DNA from: an uncultured Chloroflexia bacterium
GTDB taxonomy: Bacteria > Chloroflexota > Limnocylindria > Limnocylindrales > CSP1-4
Assembly (NCBI GenBank): GCA_963796715.1
Contig: CAWCMN010000007.1
Span: 388,586-452,585, forward strand
DNA: 64,000 nt
Direction: 5' to 3'
This document shows positions 29,725 to 39,361 of the stretch, piece after piece (within the stretch, counting starts at the first letter, position 1; each line of letters opens with the position of its first letter). The position numbers and the translations under genes are program-made. The notes beneath the pieces were generated by a model, which had not been told where the DNA came from, did not search any database, and worked only from the letters and a program-made list of their open reading frames with translations.

Positions 29725-29815
29725 ACCGGCGGGGCGGCCCACTGGTACGTTCGGCGGGCCGGCCGCGTCGACTGGCGGCTTGGCACGATCGCATGACCCG
29801 GGGTAGGGTTGGCGG

Positions 29816-30412
29816 GTGCTCCGCGACCTCGGAAGGCGCCTGGGACGAGGCGGGCTACCGCCCACCACCGAGCCGGACGATCCGGTAGAGCCGCCTCCTG
29901 CGCCGCAGCTCGACGTCACCGCCTACACGGATTCGGCGGTCCTGCGGGGCCACCTGGAGTTCATCGGGGTCGACCGCCTGACCGAGGCGCTCAACACGGC
30001 CGATTCCTTCCTGCTCACCGAGGTGGAGGCCGAAGCCCTGGGCGACGGCGCCGTGACGCAGGCCGCCGTCGTGCGGGTGGCGCGCGATGACCTGGTCGCG
30101 ATGGCGGCCGGCGGCCCCCGCGGCGACCCCAGCCGCCGGGTGCGGACGCAGGCGCAGCCCGTGACCATCCAGTCGGGACCGTACGAACTGACCGGGCGCG
30201 TCCACGCGCTGGCCGGCGCGGACCCCATCGGCAGCCTGAAGCGGCGACGCGTCATGGTGCCGCTGACGGCGGCCCAGGTCGTCTTCGCGGTCGCCGGGCG
30301 ACCCCGCTTCGACTCGATGGACCTGCTGATCATCAACCGCGACCTGATCGACCTCATCCACGGGCCGCACGACGCACCCGGGACACCCGCGGCGCCCGCC
30401 GCGATGCCCTGA
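29816..30412 (+). CDS. hypothetical protein (198 aa)
   Basis: Codon usage is consistent with the other genes, but I recognise no domain. Confidence 0.35.
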   Translation: MLRDLGRRLGRGGLPPTTEPDDPVEPPPAPQLDVTAYTDSAVLRGHLEFIGVDRLTEALNTADSFLLTEVEAEALGDGAVTQAAVVRVARDDLVAMAAGGPRGDPSRRVRTQAQPVTIQSGPYELTGRVHALAGADPIGSLKRRRVMVPLTAAQVVFAVAGRPRFDSMDLLIINRDLIDLIHGPHDAPGTPAAPAAMP

Positions 30413-30468
30413 AGGGACCCGGACTCGGCCGCCGCGACCAGGCGACCCCGGCGGCCGGTCCGGACCGT

Positions 30469-30594
30469 TCAGCGCGGGAAGGGCGGGCCGGTGCTGTCGG
30501 CGAAGACGGCCGCCACGCTCATGATCGTCAGCAACCCGCCGAGCAGCAGCCCGACGGCCGCCGCGCGGACCTGGTGGTAGTGGTGACGCAGCAC
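30469..30594 (-). CDS. small hydrophobic peptide (41 aa, one TM)
   Basis: AAAGGAG lies 9 nt before a GTG. The peptide VLRHHYHQVRAAAVGLLLGGLLTIMSVAAVFADSTGPPFPR is divergent from the XRE-TPR regulator gene. Confidence 0.3.
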   Translation of the reverse strand: MLRHHYHQVRAAAVGLLLGGLLTIMSVAAVFADSTGPPFPR

Positions 30595-30738
30595 GATCCG
30601 ATGCTCCTTTCGTGTCGTGGCCCTCAGGGCGGGCCGCTGGCTGCCCATTGAGACAGGCGGCGCTTGGCCCGCTCTTGGCGCCGCCTTACCGCCGGCTCAC
30701 CGCCCCGCGAGCCGCGGCACGTCCGATCGGGCCACGGT

Positions 30739-30773
30739 CAAATGACATGCGACCGACGCGTATACTCCCGCCC
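30739..30773 (+). promoter_or_regulatory. putative promoter with -10 TATACT (30761-30766) placing the TSS at or near the ATG of the XRE-TPR gene (leaderless mRNA)
   Basis: TATACT lies 7 nt upstream of ATG 30774, with no Shine-Dalgarno sequence present. Confidence 0.4.
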
Positions 30774-32078
30774 ATGCCTCGCGTCGCCTCGCCCGCCCAG
30801 GCCTCGACCACCGAGCCGGATGGCAGCGCCTTCGCGGTCCGCCTCCGCGACGCCCGCCTGCGGGCCGGCCTGACGCAGGCGGAGCTGGCCGGCGAGCGCT
30901 ACACGAAGGCCCACATCTCGGCCCTGGAGCACGGCCTCGCCAACCCCTCGGTGGAGGCGCTCGGTCACCTCGCCGGCAAGCTGGGGACGACCCCGGCGCG
31001 ACTGCTCGGCGGCCTGGAGGACGGCGCCTGGCGGCCGCTCGAGGCGGACCTCGCCCTCGCCACCGGCGCCTGGCCGGAAGCGGTCGAGCGGTACCGGGCC
31101 CTGCTCGGCGCAGGGATCGCGGGGCCCGTCCGGGCCGCCGCGCTGGCGGGCCTGGCCGAGGCCCTCTGCCGGCTGGATCGGGGGCGAGAGGCGCTGCCGG
31201 CGGCGCTCGAGGCGGCGGGCACGTTCGAGCAGCTCGGCCGGACCGAGAGCGCCGCGGAGGCCCGCTACTGGCAGGCCTGCGCCGCGTACCTCATGGACGC
31301 CGCCGCCGACGCCCGGACGGTGCTGCTGGATCTCCTCGAGCGGTCCCGCACGGGATCGGCCGTCGGCCCCGACCTGCAACTGCGCGTGCTGATCGCCCTG
31401 GGGGCGACCGAGAGCCGCGAGGGTCATCCAGAGCGGGCCCTCGCGTACCTCGAGGAGGCGCGCGTCGTCGCGGCCGACCTGGACGACCGCCGGCGGGCGA
31501 CCTTCCTGCACGGCCTGGCCGCGTCCTACCGCGAACTCGGCGACCTGGAAGCCGCCGTCACCACGGGCCTGCGCAGCCTGGCCCTGTTCCGTGCCTCGGC
31601 CGGGGCGGCTGAGGTGGCGGCCATGGAGAACGAGCTGGCGCTGGCCCACCTCGCGCTCGGCCATATGGACGAGGCCGACCGGTACGCGCGCGCGGCCGTC
31701 GAGCGGGCCGGGTCCCTGGATGACCGGCGTCTCCTGGCCCATGCCCTGGAGACGCGCGCCCAGCTCGAACTCGCCGAGGGCCGGCCGGGCGAGGCCCTCG
31801 AACTGGCCGGCCAGGCGCAGGCCCACGCCCGCACCAGCCACAACCGCAAGGCGGAGGTCAGTGCTGGTTTGACCGTCGGGCGCGCCCTCCGCGCGGCCGG
31901 CGACGTCGGCGCGGCCACCGCCAGCCTGGAGGTGACGGCGCAGACCGCCCGCCGGTACGGCCGGGCCGAGCAGCTGCGCGACGTCCTGGCCGAGCTGGCC
32001 GAACTGGCGGCCCAGACGGGCGATCACGCCCGCGCCTACGAGCTGAGCCGCGAAGCCCTGCACGCGGGGCGGCCGTGA
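30774..32078 (+). CDS. XRE-family HTH regulator with C-terminal TPR domain
   Basis: The HTH LRDARLRAGLTQAELAGERYTKAHISALEHG is followed by about 350 aa of TPR-like repeats. The upstream M at 30612 is rejected for its Arg/Pro-rich leader. Confidence 0.7.
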   Translation: MPRVASPAQASTTEPDGSAFAVRLRDARLRAGLTQAELAGERYTKAHISALEHGLANPSVEALGHLAGKLGTTPARLLGGLEDGAWRPLEADLALATGAWPEAVERYRALLGAGIAGPVRAAALAGLAEALCRLDRGREALPAALEAAGTFEQLGRTESAAEARYWQACAAYLMDAAADARTVLLDLLERSRTGSAVGPDLQLRVLIALGATESREGHPERALAYLEEARVVAADLDDRRRATFLHGLAASYRELGDLEAAVTTGLRSLALFRASAGAAEVAAMENELALAHLALGHMDEADRYARAAVERAGSLDDRRLLAHALETRAQLELAEGRPGEALELAGQAQAHARTSHNRKAEVSAGLTVGRALRAAGDVGAATASLEVTAQTARRYGRAEQLRDVLAELAELAAQTGDHARAYELSREALHAGRP

Positions 32079-33787
32079 TCGCGCCGGTCGCCGATCCGTC
32101 GCAGGCGCTCATCGACGCCATCCGCTCGGCCGTCATCGGCGATGACGAGGCCGTCGCCGGCCCCTTCGGACCGCGCCGCGTCATCTACGCCGACTACACC
32201 GCGTCCGGACGGGCCCTGACCTTCATCGAGGACTACATCCGCGCCGCGGTGCTGCCGCTCTACGCCAACACCCACACCGAGTCGTCGGGCACCGGCCTCC
32301 AGACCTCCCGCTTCCGTGAGGACGCCCGGGACATCATCCGCACCGCCGTCGGCGCGACCGACGAGCACGCCGTGATCTTCTGCGGCTCCGGCTCGACCAC
32401 CGCCATCAACCGTTTCGTGGACGTGCTCAACCTGCGCCTGCCGGCCGACCTCGACGATCGCTACCACCTGCTGGCGACGATCCCGGCCGACGAGCGCCCG
32501 GTCGTCTTCATCGGGCCGTTCGAGCACCACTCCAACGAGCTGCCGTGGCGCGAGTCGATCGCCGATGTCGTGACCATCGGCGAGGACCACGACGGCCACA
32601 TCGACGTGCGGCAGCTGGAGGCCGAGCTGGTGCGTCACGCCGACCGGCCGCTCAGGATCGGCAGCTTCTCCGCCGCCTCCAACGTGACCGGCATCACCAG
32701 CGACGTCCGCGGCGTGAGTGCCCTGCTGCATCGCCACGGCGCCCTGGCCTGCTGGGACTATGCGGCCGCGGCGCCGTACGTGGCCATCGACATGGGTTTG
32801 GGCGCGCGTGCCGATCACCTCGACGCGATCTTCCTGTCGCCCCACAAGTTCATCGGCGGGCCCGGCACGCCGGGCGTCCTCGTGGCCCGTCGTGAACTCT
32901 TCCGGAATCGCGTCCCCACCGTGCCCGGCGGCGGCACCGTCGCCTACGTGAACCCCACCGAGCACGTCTACCTCAGCGACATCGAGCATCGCGAGGAGGG
33001 CGGCACGCCGGCCATCGTCGAGTCCATCCGGGCGGGGCTGGTCTTCCAGCTGAAGGAGGCGGTCGGCACCGACGCCATCCGCGAGCGCGAGGCGTCCTTC
33101 ATCACGCGGGCCATCGCCCGGTGGCGCGACCACCCGCGGATCGAGGTCCTGGGCAACCTGGACGCCGAACGGCTGTCGATCGTCTCGTTCGTCGTCCGCT
33201 ACGGCCAGCAGTACCTCCACCACAACTACGTCGTGGCGCTGCTCAACGACCTGTTCGGCATCCAGGCCCGCGGCGGCTGCTCGTGCGCCGGGCCGTACGG
33301 CCACCGGCTGCTGGGCATCGACCTCGCCACGTCGCACGAGTTCGAGCGCGCCATCGGCCGGGGCTGCGAAGGCATCAAGCCCGGCTGGGTCCGGGTGAAC
33401 TTCAACTACTTCATCTCGGAGGCCGTCTTCGAGTACATCCTGGCCGCGGTGGAGCTCGTGGCGACCGACGGCTGGCGGCTGCTGCCGCGCTACCGGTTCG
33501 ATGCCTCGAGCGGCATGTGGCGCCACGGCGGCGACCCCATCGAGCCGCCGCTGAGCCTCCACGACGTGCGCTACGAGAGCGGCCGGATGACGTACCAGGC
33601 GCACCGGCATCGCGAACCGGAGGCCCGGCTGGCCGACTACCTGGCCGAGGGCCGGCGCATCCTCGCCGCGGCGTCCGCAGCAGGCTCGCCCGAGGGCGCA
33701 TCCGCCGGCGGGCCGGCCATGGATGCCGACGCCGAGTCGCTCCGCTGGTTCCCCCTGCCCCACGAGGTGCTCGCCCGCCTGGGCTGA
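32075..33787 (+). CDS. aminotransferase class V-fold PLP-dependent enzyme (cysteine desulfurase-like) with about 170 aa C-terminal extension
   Basis: A GTG start overlaps the regulator's stop (GTGA). The PLP Lys region FLSPHKFIGGPGTPGVL and the motifs HTESSGTG and HHSNELPW are present. Confidence 0.7.
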   Translation: MIAPVADPSQALIDAIRSAVIGDDEAVAGPFGPRRVIYADYTASGRALTFIEDYIRAAVLPLYANTHTESSGTGLQTSRFREDARDIIRTAVGATDEHAVIFCGSGSTTAINRFVDVLNLRLPADLDDRYHLLATIPADERPVVFIGPFEHHSNELPWRESIADVVTIGEDHDGHIDVRQLEAELVRHADRPLRIGSFSAASNVTGITSDVRGVSALLHRHGALACWDYAAAAPYVAIDMGLGARADHLDAIFLSPHKFIGGPGTPGVLVARRELFRNRVPTVPGGGTVAYVNPTEHVYLSDIEHREEGGTPAIVESIRAGLVFQLKEAVGTDAIREREASFITRAIARWRDHPRIEVLGNLDAERLSIVSFVVRYGQQYLHHNYVVALLNDLFGIQARGGCSCAGPYGHRLLGIDLATSHEFERAIGRGCEGIKPGWVRVNFNYFISEAVFEYILAAVELVATDGWRLLPRYRFDASSGMWRHGGDPIEPPLSLHDVRYESGRMTYQAHRHREPEARLADYLAEGRRILAAASAAGSPEGASAGGPAMDADAESLRWFPLPHEVLARLG

Positions 33788-33823
33788 CCGTCCCCCGACC
33801 ACCGGCCAGCGTATCCTCGGCCG

Positions 33824-36541
33824 ATGGGGATGCCGATCGCACGCGAGGCCGTCGAGGGCCGGCCCCGGCGCGCCCGGCGGCCGGCAGATCGCCCGCGCCG
33901 CGAGGTCCGCGGCGACGGTGGGCTGGCGCTCGCGGCGATGCGCCGGCTGGCGGCCGACCTGGACCTGGAGACCGGCGACCTGCTCGGGGCGACGGTCCTC
34001 CACGAGGTGATCCATCGCGTCCTTGCGCGCCAGGGCAGGGGCGCGGCCCATCCGCTCGAGTCGGCCCGGCGCCGCATGGCCCGCGCCGCCGACGCGCCCG
34101 ACATGGCCGGCACCCTGCGCGCGTTCCGGCCGGCGTTCCCGACCGGCTCGCCGCTCCCGGACCCGGCCGTCGAGGGCGCAGTGGCGGGCGACCGGACCGC
34201 CGCCGGCCGGGCGCTCGAGGAGCTCGTGCTGCTCCGCCTGAACGCCACGAACCCGGCCCTGCGCGGGGTGCGCCGGCTGTTCGACGACGCGGAGCTGGCG
34301 GCCTCGACCGACTACCTGCGCATCCTGGAGGCCCTGGACGCCTCGGCAGCAGGGCCGGCCACCGGTGCGGGGGCCGGGGCCGGGGCCGCATCGCACGCCC
34401 CCGGGCTCATGCGGCTGCTGCGCGGCCCGATCGCGGCCTCACCGGACTCCCTCGCCGGGCAGCTGCTGTGGGTCCGCCGCCACTGGGCGGCCGAGCTGAC
34501 CCCCGAGGCCCGCCGCCGTCTGACGCTGGCGCTGGACCTCCTGGCCGAGGAAGCGCACGCGCGCAGCCTGCGCGAGCGGGACGCCCACGCCGGCGGCGGA
34601 GGCCACGACGCCCCCGAGCTCGGCGCGGGCGACGAGGCCGAGCGGTTCTCTACCGACGCCCCCTGGATGCCCCGCGTCGTCCTGCTCGCCAAGAACGCGT
34701 ACGTCTGGCTGGAGCAGATCTCGCGAGCGTATGGACGAGCCATCACGACGCTCGACCAGGTCCCCGACGAGGTCCTTGGCACCCTCGCCGCCGAAGGGGT
34801 CAACGGGCTCTGGTTGATCGGCCTGTGGGAGCGGAGCCGGGCGTCCCGTGAGATCAAGCAGCGCATGGGCAACCCGGACGCCGCGGCCTCCGCCTACGCC
34901 ATCGACCGCTACGTCATCGCGGCCGACCTCGGCGGGGACGCGGCGCTGGACGTCCTGCGCCAACGCGCGGACCGGCACGGCATCCGCCTGGCCAGCGACA
35001 TGGTGCCCAACCACATGGGCCTCGACAGCGACTGGGTCCTGCACCATCCGGAGCGGTTCATCGGCCTCGACGAGCCACCGTACCCCGGCTATCGCTTCAC
35101 CGGCCCCGACCTGTCGCCCGACCCCGGCGTGGTCATCCAGCTGGAGGACGGGTACTGGGACCACAGCGACGCGGCCGTCGTCTTCCGGCGCCTGGACCAC
35201 TCGACCGACGAGTCCCGCTACATCTACCACGGCAACGACGGCACGGCCACGCCGTGGAACGACACGGCCCAGCTGGACTACCTCCAGGCCCAGGTCCGCG
35301 AGGCCGTGATGGGACTGATCCTGGACGTCGCGCGACGCTTCCCGATCATCCGCTTCGACGCGGCCATGACCCTCGCCCGTCGCCACATCCAGCGCCTCTG
35401 GTATCCGCCGCCCGGCCATGGCGGCGCGATCCCCTCACGGGCCGAGTACGGCCGCCTGAGCCCCGCCACGTTCCGCCGCCGGATGCCCCATGAGTTCTGG
35501 CGCGAGGTGGTCGACCGGGTCGCGGTCGAGGCGCCCGACACGCTGCTCCTGGCGGAGGCCTTCTGGCTCATGGAGGGCTACTTCGTGCGCACGCTGGGCA
35601 TGCACCGCGTGTACAACAGCGCGTTCATGCACATGCTGCGCGACGAGGAGAACGACAAGTACCGGGCCATCCTGCGCGAGACCGTCGCGTTCGACCCGCG
35701 CGTCCTGGAGCGCTACGTCAACTTCATGAGCAACCCGGACGAACGCACCGTCGCCGACCAGTTCGGGACCGGCGGCAAGTACGCCGGCGTGGCGACACTG
35801 CTGGCGACGCTGCCCGGGCTGCCGCTGCTGGCGCACGGCCAGCTGGAGGGCTACCAGGAGCGCTACGGCATGGAGTTCCGCCGGCCGCAGCTGGATGAGC
35901 GCCCGGACCCCGGGCTCGCCGCGCTGCACGAGGCGCGGCTCTTCCCGCTCCTGCGCCGCCGGGCCCAGTTCGCGCCGGCCGCCACGTTCCGCCTGTTCGA
36001 CGTGACGGCGGCGGACGGCCACGTGCTTGACGACGTGTTCGCCTATACCAACCGGGCGGACGGCCAGCGCTCGCTCGTCCTCTTCCACAACCGCTGGGCG
36101 GAGGCGGACGGGACCATCGCGCGGAGCGTGCCGTTCGCCACCGGGGACGGCGGAGGGCCGCGCTCGGAACACCTCGCCGAGGCCCTGGACCTGGCCACCG
36201 ACGCAGATGCCTGGTACGCCGCCCGCGATCTCGTGGAGGGTCGCGAGCACCTGCTCCACGGCCCGGCGCTGGCGCGCGAGGGCTACGCCGTCCGCCTCGG
36301 CGCGTTCGGCTGCCGGGTGCTCCTCGACTGGCGCCGCCTCCCCGCCGATCGCCCGTGGGCCGAGCTGGCGGCGGAGATCGGGCCGGACGGGGTGCCCGAC
36401 GTGGACGCGGCGATGGCTGCCCGACGGCCGGCCACCGAAGCCCCTGGCGAAGCGCCACCAGCCGGCTCTGACGGCGCGATCCCAGCGCCGGGAACCCCTG
36501 CCGGGACTGCCGCGGGGCGGGGTATCATCGAACGGTCATGA
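33824..36541 (+). CDS. alpha-amylase-family (GH13) glucan-active enzyme, long form
   Basis: GH13 catalytic regions are present (IRLASDMVPNHMG, PIIRFDAAMTL, LLAEAFW, YNSAFMHM). The N-terminal 280 aa are Ala/Arg-rich, so the true start is uncertain. Confidence 0.7.
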   Translation: MGMPIAREAVEGRPRRARRPADRPRREVRGDGGLALAAMRRLAADLDLETGDLLGATVLHEVIHRVLARQGRGAAHPLESARRRMARAADAPDMAGTLRAFRPAFPTGSPLPDPAVEGAVAGDRTAAGRALEELVLLRLNATNPALRGVRRLFDDAELAASTDYLRILEALDASAAGPATGAGAGAGAASHAPGLMRLLRGPIAASPDSLAGQLLWVRRHWAAELTPEARRRLTLALDLLAEEAHARSLRERDAHAGGGGHDAPELGAGDEAERFSTDAPWMPRVVLLAKNAYVWLEQISRAYGRAITTLDQVPDEVLGTLAAEGVNGLWLIGLWERSRASREIKQRMGNPDAAASAYAIDRYVIAADLGGDAALDVLRQRADRHGIRLASDMVPNHMGLDSDWVLHHPERFIGLDEPPYPGYRFTGPDLSPDPGVVIQLEDGYWDHSDAAVVFRRLDHSTDESRYIYHGNDGTATPWNDTAQLDYLQAQVREAVMGLILDVARRFPIIRFDAAMTLARRHIQRLWYPPPGHGGAIPSRAEYGRLSPATFRRRMPHEFWREVVDRVAVEAPDTLLLAEAFWLMEGYFVRTLGMHRVYNSAFMHMLRDEENDKYRAILRETVAFDPRVLERYVNFMSNPDERTVADQFGTGGKYAGVATLLATLPGLPLLAHGQLEGYQERYGMEFRRPQLDERPDPGLAALHEARLFPLLRRRAQFAPAATFRLFDVTAADGHVLDDVFAYTNRADGQRSLVLFHNRWAEADGTIARSVPFATGDGGGPRSEHLAEALDLATDADAWYAARDLVEGREHLLHGPALAREGYAVRLGAFGCRVLLDWRRLPADRPWAELAAEIGPDGVPDVDAAMAARRPATEAPGEAPPAGSDGAIPAPGTPAGTAAGRGIIERS

Positions 36542-37065
36542 CCGCACCTGCCCTCGAACATCCGACCGCGCCGCAGGCCGCGCCTGCCGCGACGCCCGTC
36601 GAGCCGGAGCAGGACCTTGGGCCGTGGGTCGCCTTCATCCGCGCCCACGCGGCGCTGACGCGACGCCTGGAGGCCGAGCTGCAGGACGCCGCGGGCGTTT
36701 CGCTGGCCGACTACGAGGCGCTCCTCCAGCTGTCGCTGGCCGGCGGCCGCCTGCGCATGAACGAGCTGGCCGACCGCCTCCTGCTGACCCGCAGCGGCGC
36801 CAGCCGCCTCGTCGACCGCATGGCCGACGACGGCTACGTGACCCGCCACAAGTGCGCCACCGATGCGCGCGGCGCCTTCGCCGTCCTGACCCAGGCGGGC
36901 CAGGAACACCTGGAGCGGGCTCGCCCCACGGCTCACGAGGCGATCTCGGAGCACTTCCTGGCGGTGCTGCCGGTACGCGATCGCGCCGCCTTCCTTCGGT
37001 CGCTGGAGACGATCCTGGCGCGGCTCGACGTGGCCCCGTCGCCCGCCGAAAGCTCGGGCTGCTAG
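36538..37065 (+). CDS. MarR-family transcriptional regulator
   Basis: The winged HTH MNELADRLLLTRSGASRLVDRMADDGYV is present. Confidence 0.8.
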   Translation: MTAPALEHPTAPQAAPAATPVEPEQDLGPWVAFIRAHAALTRRLEAELQDAAGVSLADYEALLQLSLAGGRLRMNELADRLLLTRSGASRLVDRMADDGYVTRHKCATDARGAFAVLTQAGQEHLERARPTAHEAISEHFLAVLPVRDRAAFLRSLETILARLDVAPSPAESSGC

Positions 37066-37071
37066 CCGCCC

Positions 37072-38247
37072 CTACTCCGCCGCGGCGCCCGCTGCCGCGT
37101 AGCGCGCATCCGTCCGTCGCAACGTGTCGGGGTTCGTGCCGCGCGCCCGGGCCAGCCGCTCGGCCAGCCACTGCAGGGGCACGGCCGACCCGATGAGGGC
37201 CGCCGCCGGCGCGGACAGCGCGGGCGCCTCGGGCACGGTCAGGCGCCCGGCCGGCGTCAGTTCGCGCGGCAACCCCGCGGCCACGTCCTCCGCCAGGATC
37301 GCGCCGACGCGCATGCCCAGGACGCGGGCCGCCTCGAGCACGCCGCGTGCCCGGCGCGCCCGGTCGTCCCGCCGCTCGCGGTCGGTCAGGATGAGCACGA
37401 GACCCGTCGTCGCCCCAGCCGCCGGGAGGTGGCCGTGCAGGATCGTCTCCAGGTCACGCGCCACGGTCGGCAGGTAGCTCGCCTCCTCCACTTTGAGGGC
37501 CAGCTCCCGGGCGGCCGGGCCGTCCGACCCCGAGGCCACGACCAGCAGCCGATCCACCGACCCCAGCGCGGCCGCCATCGACTCGGCCTGGCCCTCCGCG
37601 GCGACGCTCGCGGTCAGGAGGGCCCGGACCGCCGCGATATCGAGCCTCGCGCCCTCAGCCAGCGCGGCAACGGCCGTCGCGGCCAGGATCGGCGAGAGGT
37701 AGCCGACGGTGTGGCACCACGACTGGTCCGCCTCGTCGGTCGTCACCACGATGTCGGCCAGGGCGGCCCCGGGCGAGCGGTCGCTGACGGTGATGAGCGC
37801 CGTCCTGATCCCCGCGCCACGGGCCGCCGACAGCGCCTCGTTCGTGGCCCACGTGCCACCTTCATGGCTGATGCCCACGAGCAGGCCCGCGTCCTGCGGC
37901 GCCAGGGCCGCCTCGAGCGCTTGCCGGGCGACGACCCGTCCCCTGCCCGACGTCGGGCGAGCCGCCTGCGCCAGGATCGCCGCGGCCGCTATGGCGCCGT
38001 GCTCGCTGGTGCCGCAGCCCACGATGACCACGTCACGGCCGGCCGCGACGGTCGACCGGACCGCCTGCGCCAGGCGGTCGGCGGCGCTCCCCTCGGCCAG
38101 CAGCCGCCGTAGCAGCCGTTCGGCGAAGGCGGGCTCGGCCTGGATCATCTCGGTCATGAGGAAGGGCGGGCCGGAACGGGCCGGCGGCATCGTCGAACCG
38201 ACCCACGGATCTGGCGCGCCGGGCAGCGGGTCGTCGGGTCGACGCAT
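37072..38247 (-). CDS. SIS-domain protein (GlmS C-terminal-like sugar-phosphate isomerase, two SIS repeats)
   Basis: Motifs VVIVGCGTSEHG and LLVVASGSDGP are present. An alternative start at M(TEMIQ) is 38157. Confidence 0.7.
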   Translation of the reverse strand: MRRPDDPLPGAPDPWVGSTMPPARSGPPFLMTEMIQAEPAFAERLLRRLLAEGSAADRLAQAVRSTVAAGRDVVIVGCGTSEHGAIAAAAILAQAARPTSGRGRVVARQALEAALAPQDAGLLVGISHEGGTWATNEALSAARGAGIRTALITVSDRSPGAALADIVVTTDEADQSWCHTVGYLSPILAATAVAALAEGARLDIAAVRALLTASVAAEGQAESMAAALGSVDRLLVVASGSDGPAARELALKVEEASYLPTVARDLETILHGHLPAAGATTGLVLILTDRERRDDRARRARGVLEAARVLGMRVGAILAEDVAAGLPRELTPAGRLTVPEAPALSAPAAALIGSAVPLQWLAERLARARGTNPDTLRRTDARYAAAGAAAE

Positions 38248-38329
38248 CAGCCCGAGTCTGGCATGGCCAGATTGGTGATAGAGGGTGGATAAGTGCCTCT
38301 CGTCACCAGAATCTCGTGGAGAACTCGCC

Positions 38330-38358
38330 TTGACCCGGTGGGCCTGCGCGCCTAGTCT
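38330..38358 (+). promoter_or_regulatory. near-consensus promoter TTGACC-N17-TAGTCT reading toward/antisense to the 3' end of fabI
   Basis: The hexamers are seen directly. There is no plus-strand protein gene downstream, so this may drive an antisense or small RNA, or be fortuitous. Confidence 0.3.
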
Positions 38359-38504
38359 TTGTCTTGCCCGAAGGGGCCCTGCACCGGACCTGGCGCTGAT
38401 GGTTTACCAGCAGTGACAGGGGCCTCAGGACCGGCAGCGATGCTGGACCGGAGGCGATGGAGCGGCGGTTCCTTCGGGCGCTTCGTTGTGCCCGGCATCC
38501 GCGG

Positions 38505-39287
38505 TCATGCGTCGGGCAGCGGCACACCAAGCACGTTGAACCCCCCGTCCACGTAGTGCACCTCGCCGGTCACCGCGCCCGCCAGGTCGCTGCACAGGTA
38601 GACGGCGGCGCGGCCGACATCCTCCGGGGTGATGTTGGCGCGCAGGGGCGCCACGTCGCGGAACGACCCGTAGAGGCCCTTGAAGCCGGCGATGCCGGCC
38701 GCCGCGAGGGTGCGCACCGGGCCGGCGCTGATGGCGTTGACGCGGATCCCCTGGGGACCAAGGTCCGCGGCGAGGTACCGCACGCACGCCTCCAGGGCCG
38801 CCTTCGCGACACCCATCACGTTGTAGTTGGCGACCACCTTCTCGGCCCCGTAGTAGCTCAGGGTGAGCACGGCGCCGCCGTTCGTCATGACCGGCAGCGC
38901 GGCACGGGTGAGGGCCACCAACGAGTAGGCGCTGACGTCAAGGGCGGTCGCAAAGCCCTCGCGCGACGTCTGCACGAACGCCCCCTCCAGGTCCTCGCGG
39001 CGCGCGAAGGCGAGGGCGTGGACGAGGATGTCCAGGCTGCCGTGGCGGACCTGCCAGCGGTCGAACACGGCCGCGATCTGCGCGTCGTCCTGGACGTCGC
39101 ACGGCTCCACGAAGTCGGCCCGCAGGGTCTGCGCCAGTGGGCGGACGCGCTTGTCCAGCAGGCTTTCGATCGAGCTGAAGCCGACCAGCGCCCCTTCATC
39201 GTGGAGGGCGCGGGCGATGCCCCAGGCGATCGAATGGTCGTTGGCGACGCCGAAGATCAGCGCCTTCCTGCCGTCCAGCAGCCCCAT
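38505..39287 (-). CDS. fabI: enoyl-[acyl-carrier-protein] reductase (NADH)
   Basis: The N-terminus GKRALIFGVANDHSIAWGIA and the catalytic region SYYGAEKVVANYNVMGVAKAALE (Y-x6-K) are present. Confidence 0.9.
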   Translation of the reverse strand: MGLLDGRKALIFGVANDHSIAWGIARALHDEGALVGFSSIESLLDKRVRPLAQTLRADFVEPCDVQDDAQIAAVFDRWQVRHGSLDILVHALAFARREDLEGAFVQTSREGFATALDVSAYSLVALTRAALPVMTNGGAVLTLSYYGAEKVVANYNVMGVAKAALEACVRYLAADLGPQGIRVNAISAGPVRTLAAAGIAGFKGLYGSFRDVAPLRANITPEDVGRAAVYLCSDLAGAVTGEVHYVDGGFNVLGVPLPDA

Positions 39288-39361
39288 GCCTCTCCTCCGG
39301 TGCAGCCCCTGCGACCAGCGTACCTCGCGTCGCCCTACACTGACCGCGTGAGGACCCGCCC

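Noticed and set aside
38359-38556. 65-aa plus-strand ORF downstream of the TTGACC/TAGTCT promoter
   Set aside because: It has Gly/Pro/Ser-rich composition and no RBS, and it overlaps the fabI 3' end in antisense, so it is unlikely to be coding.
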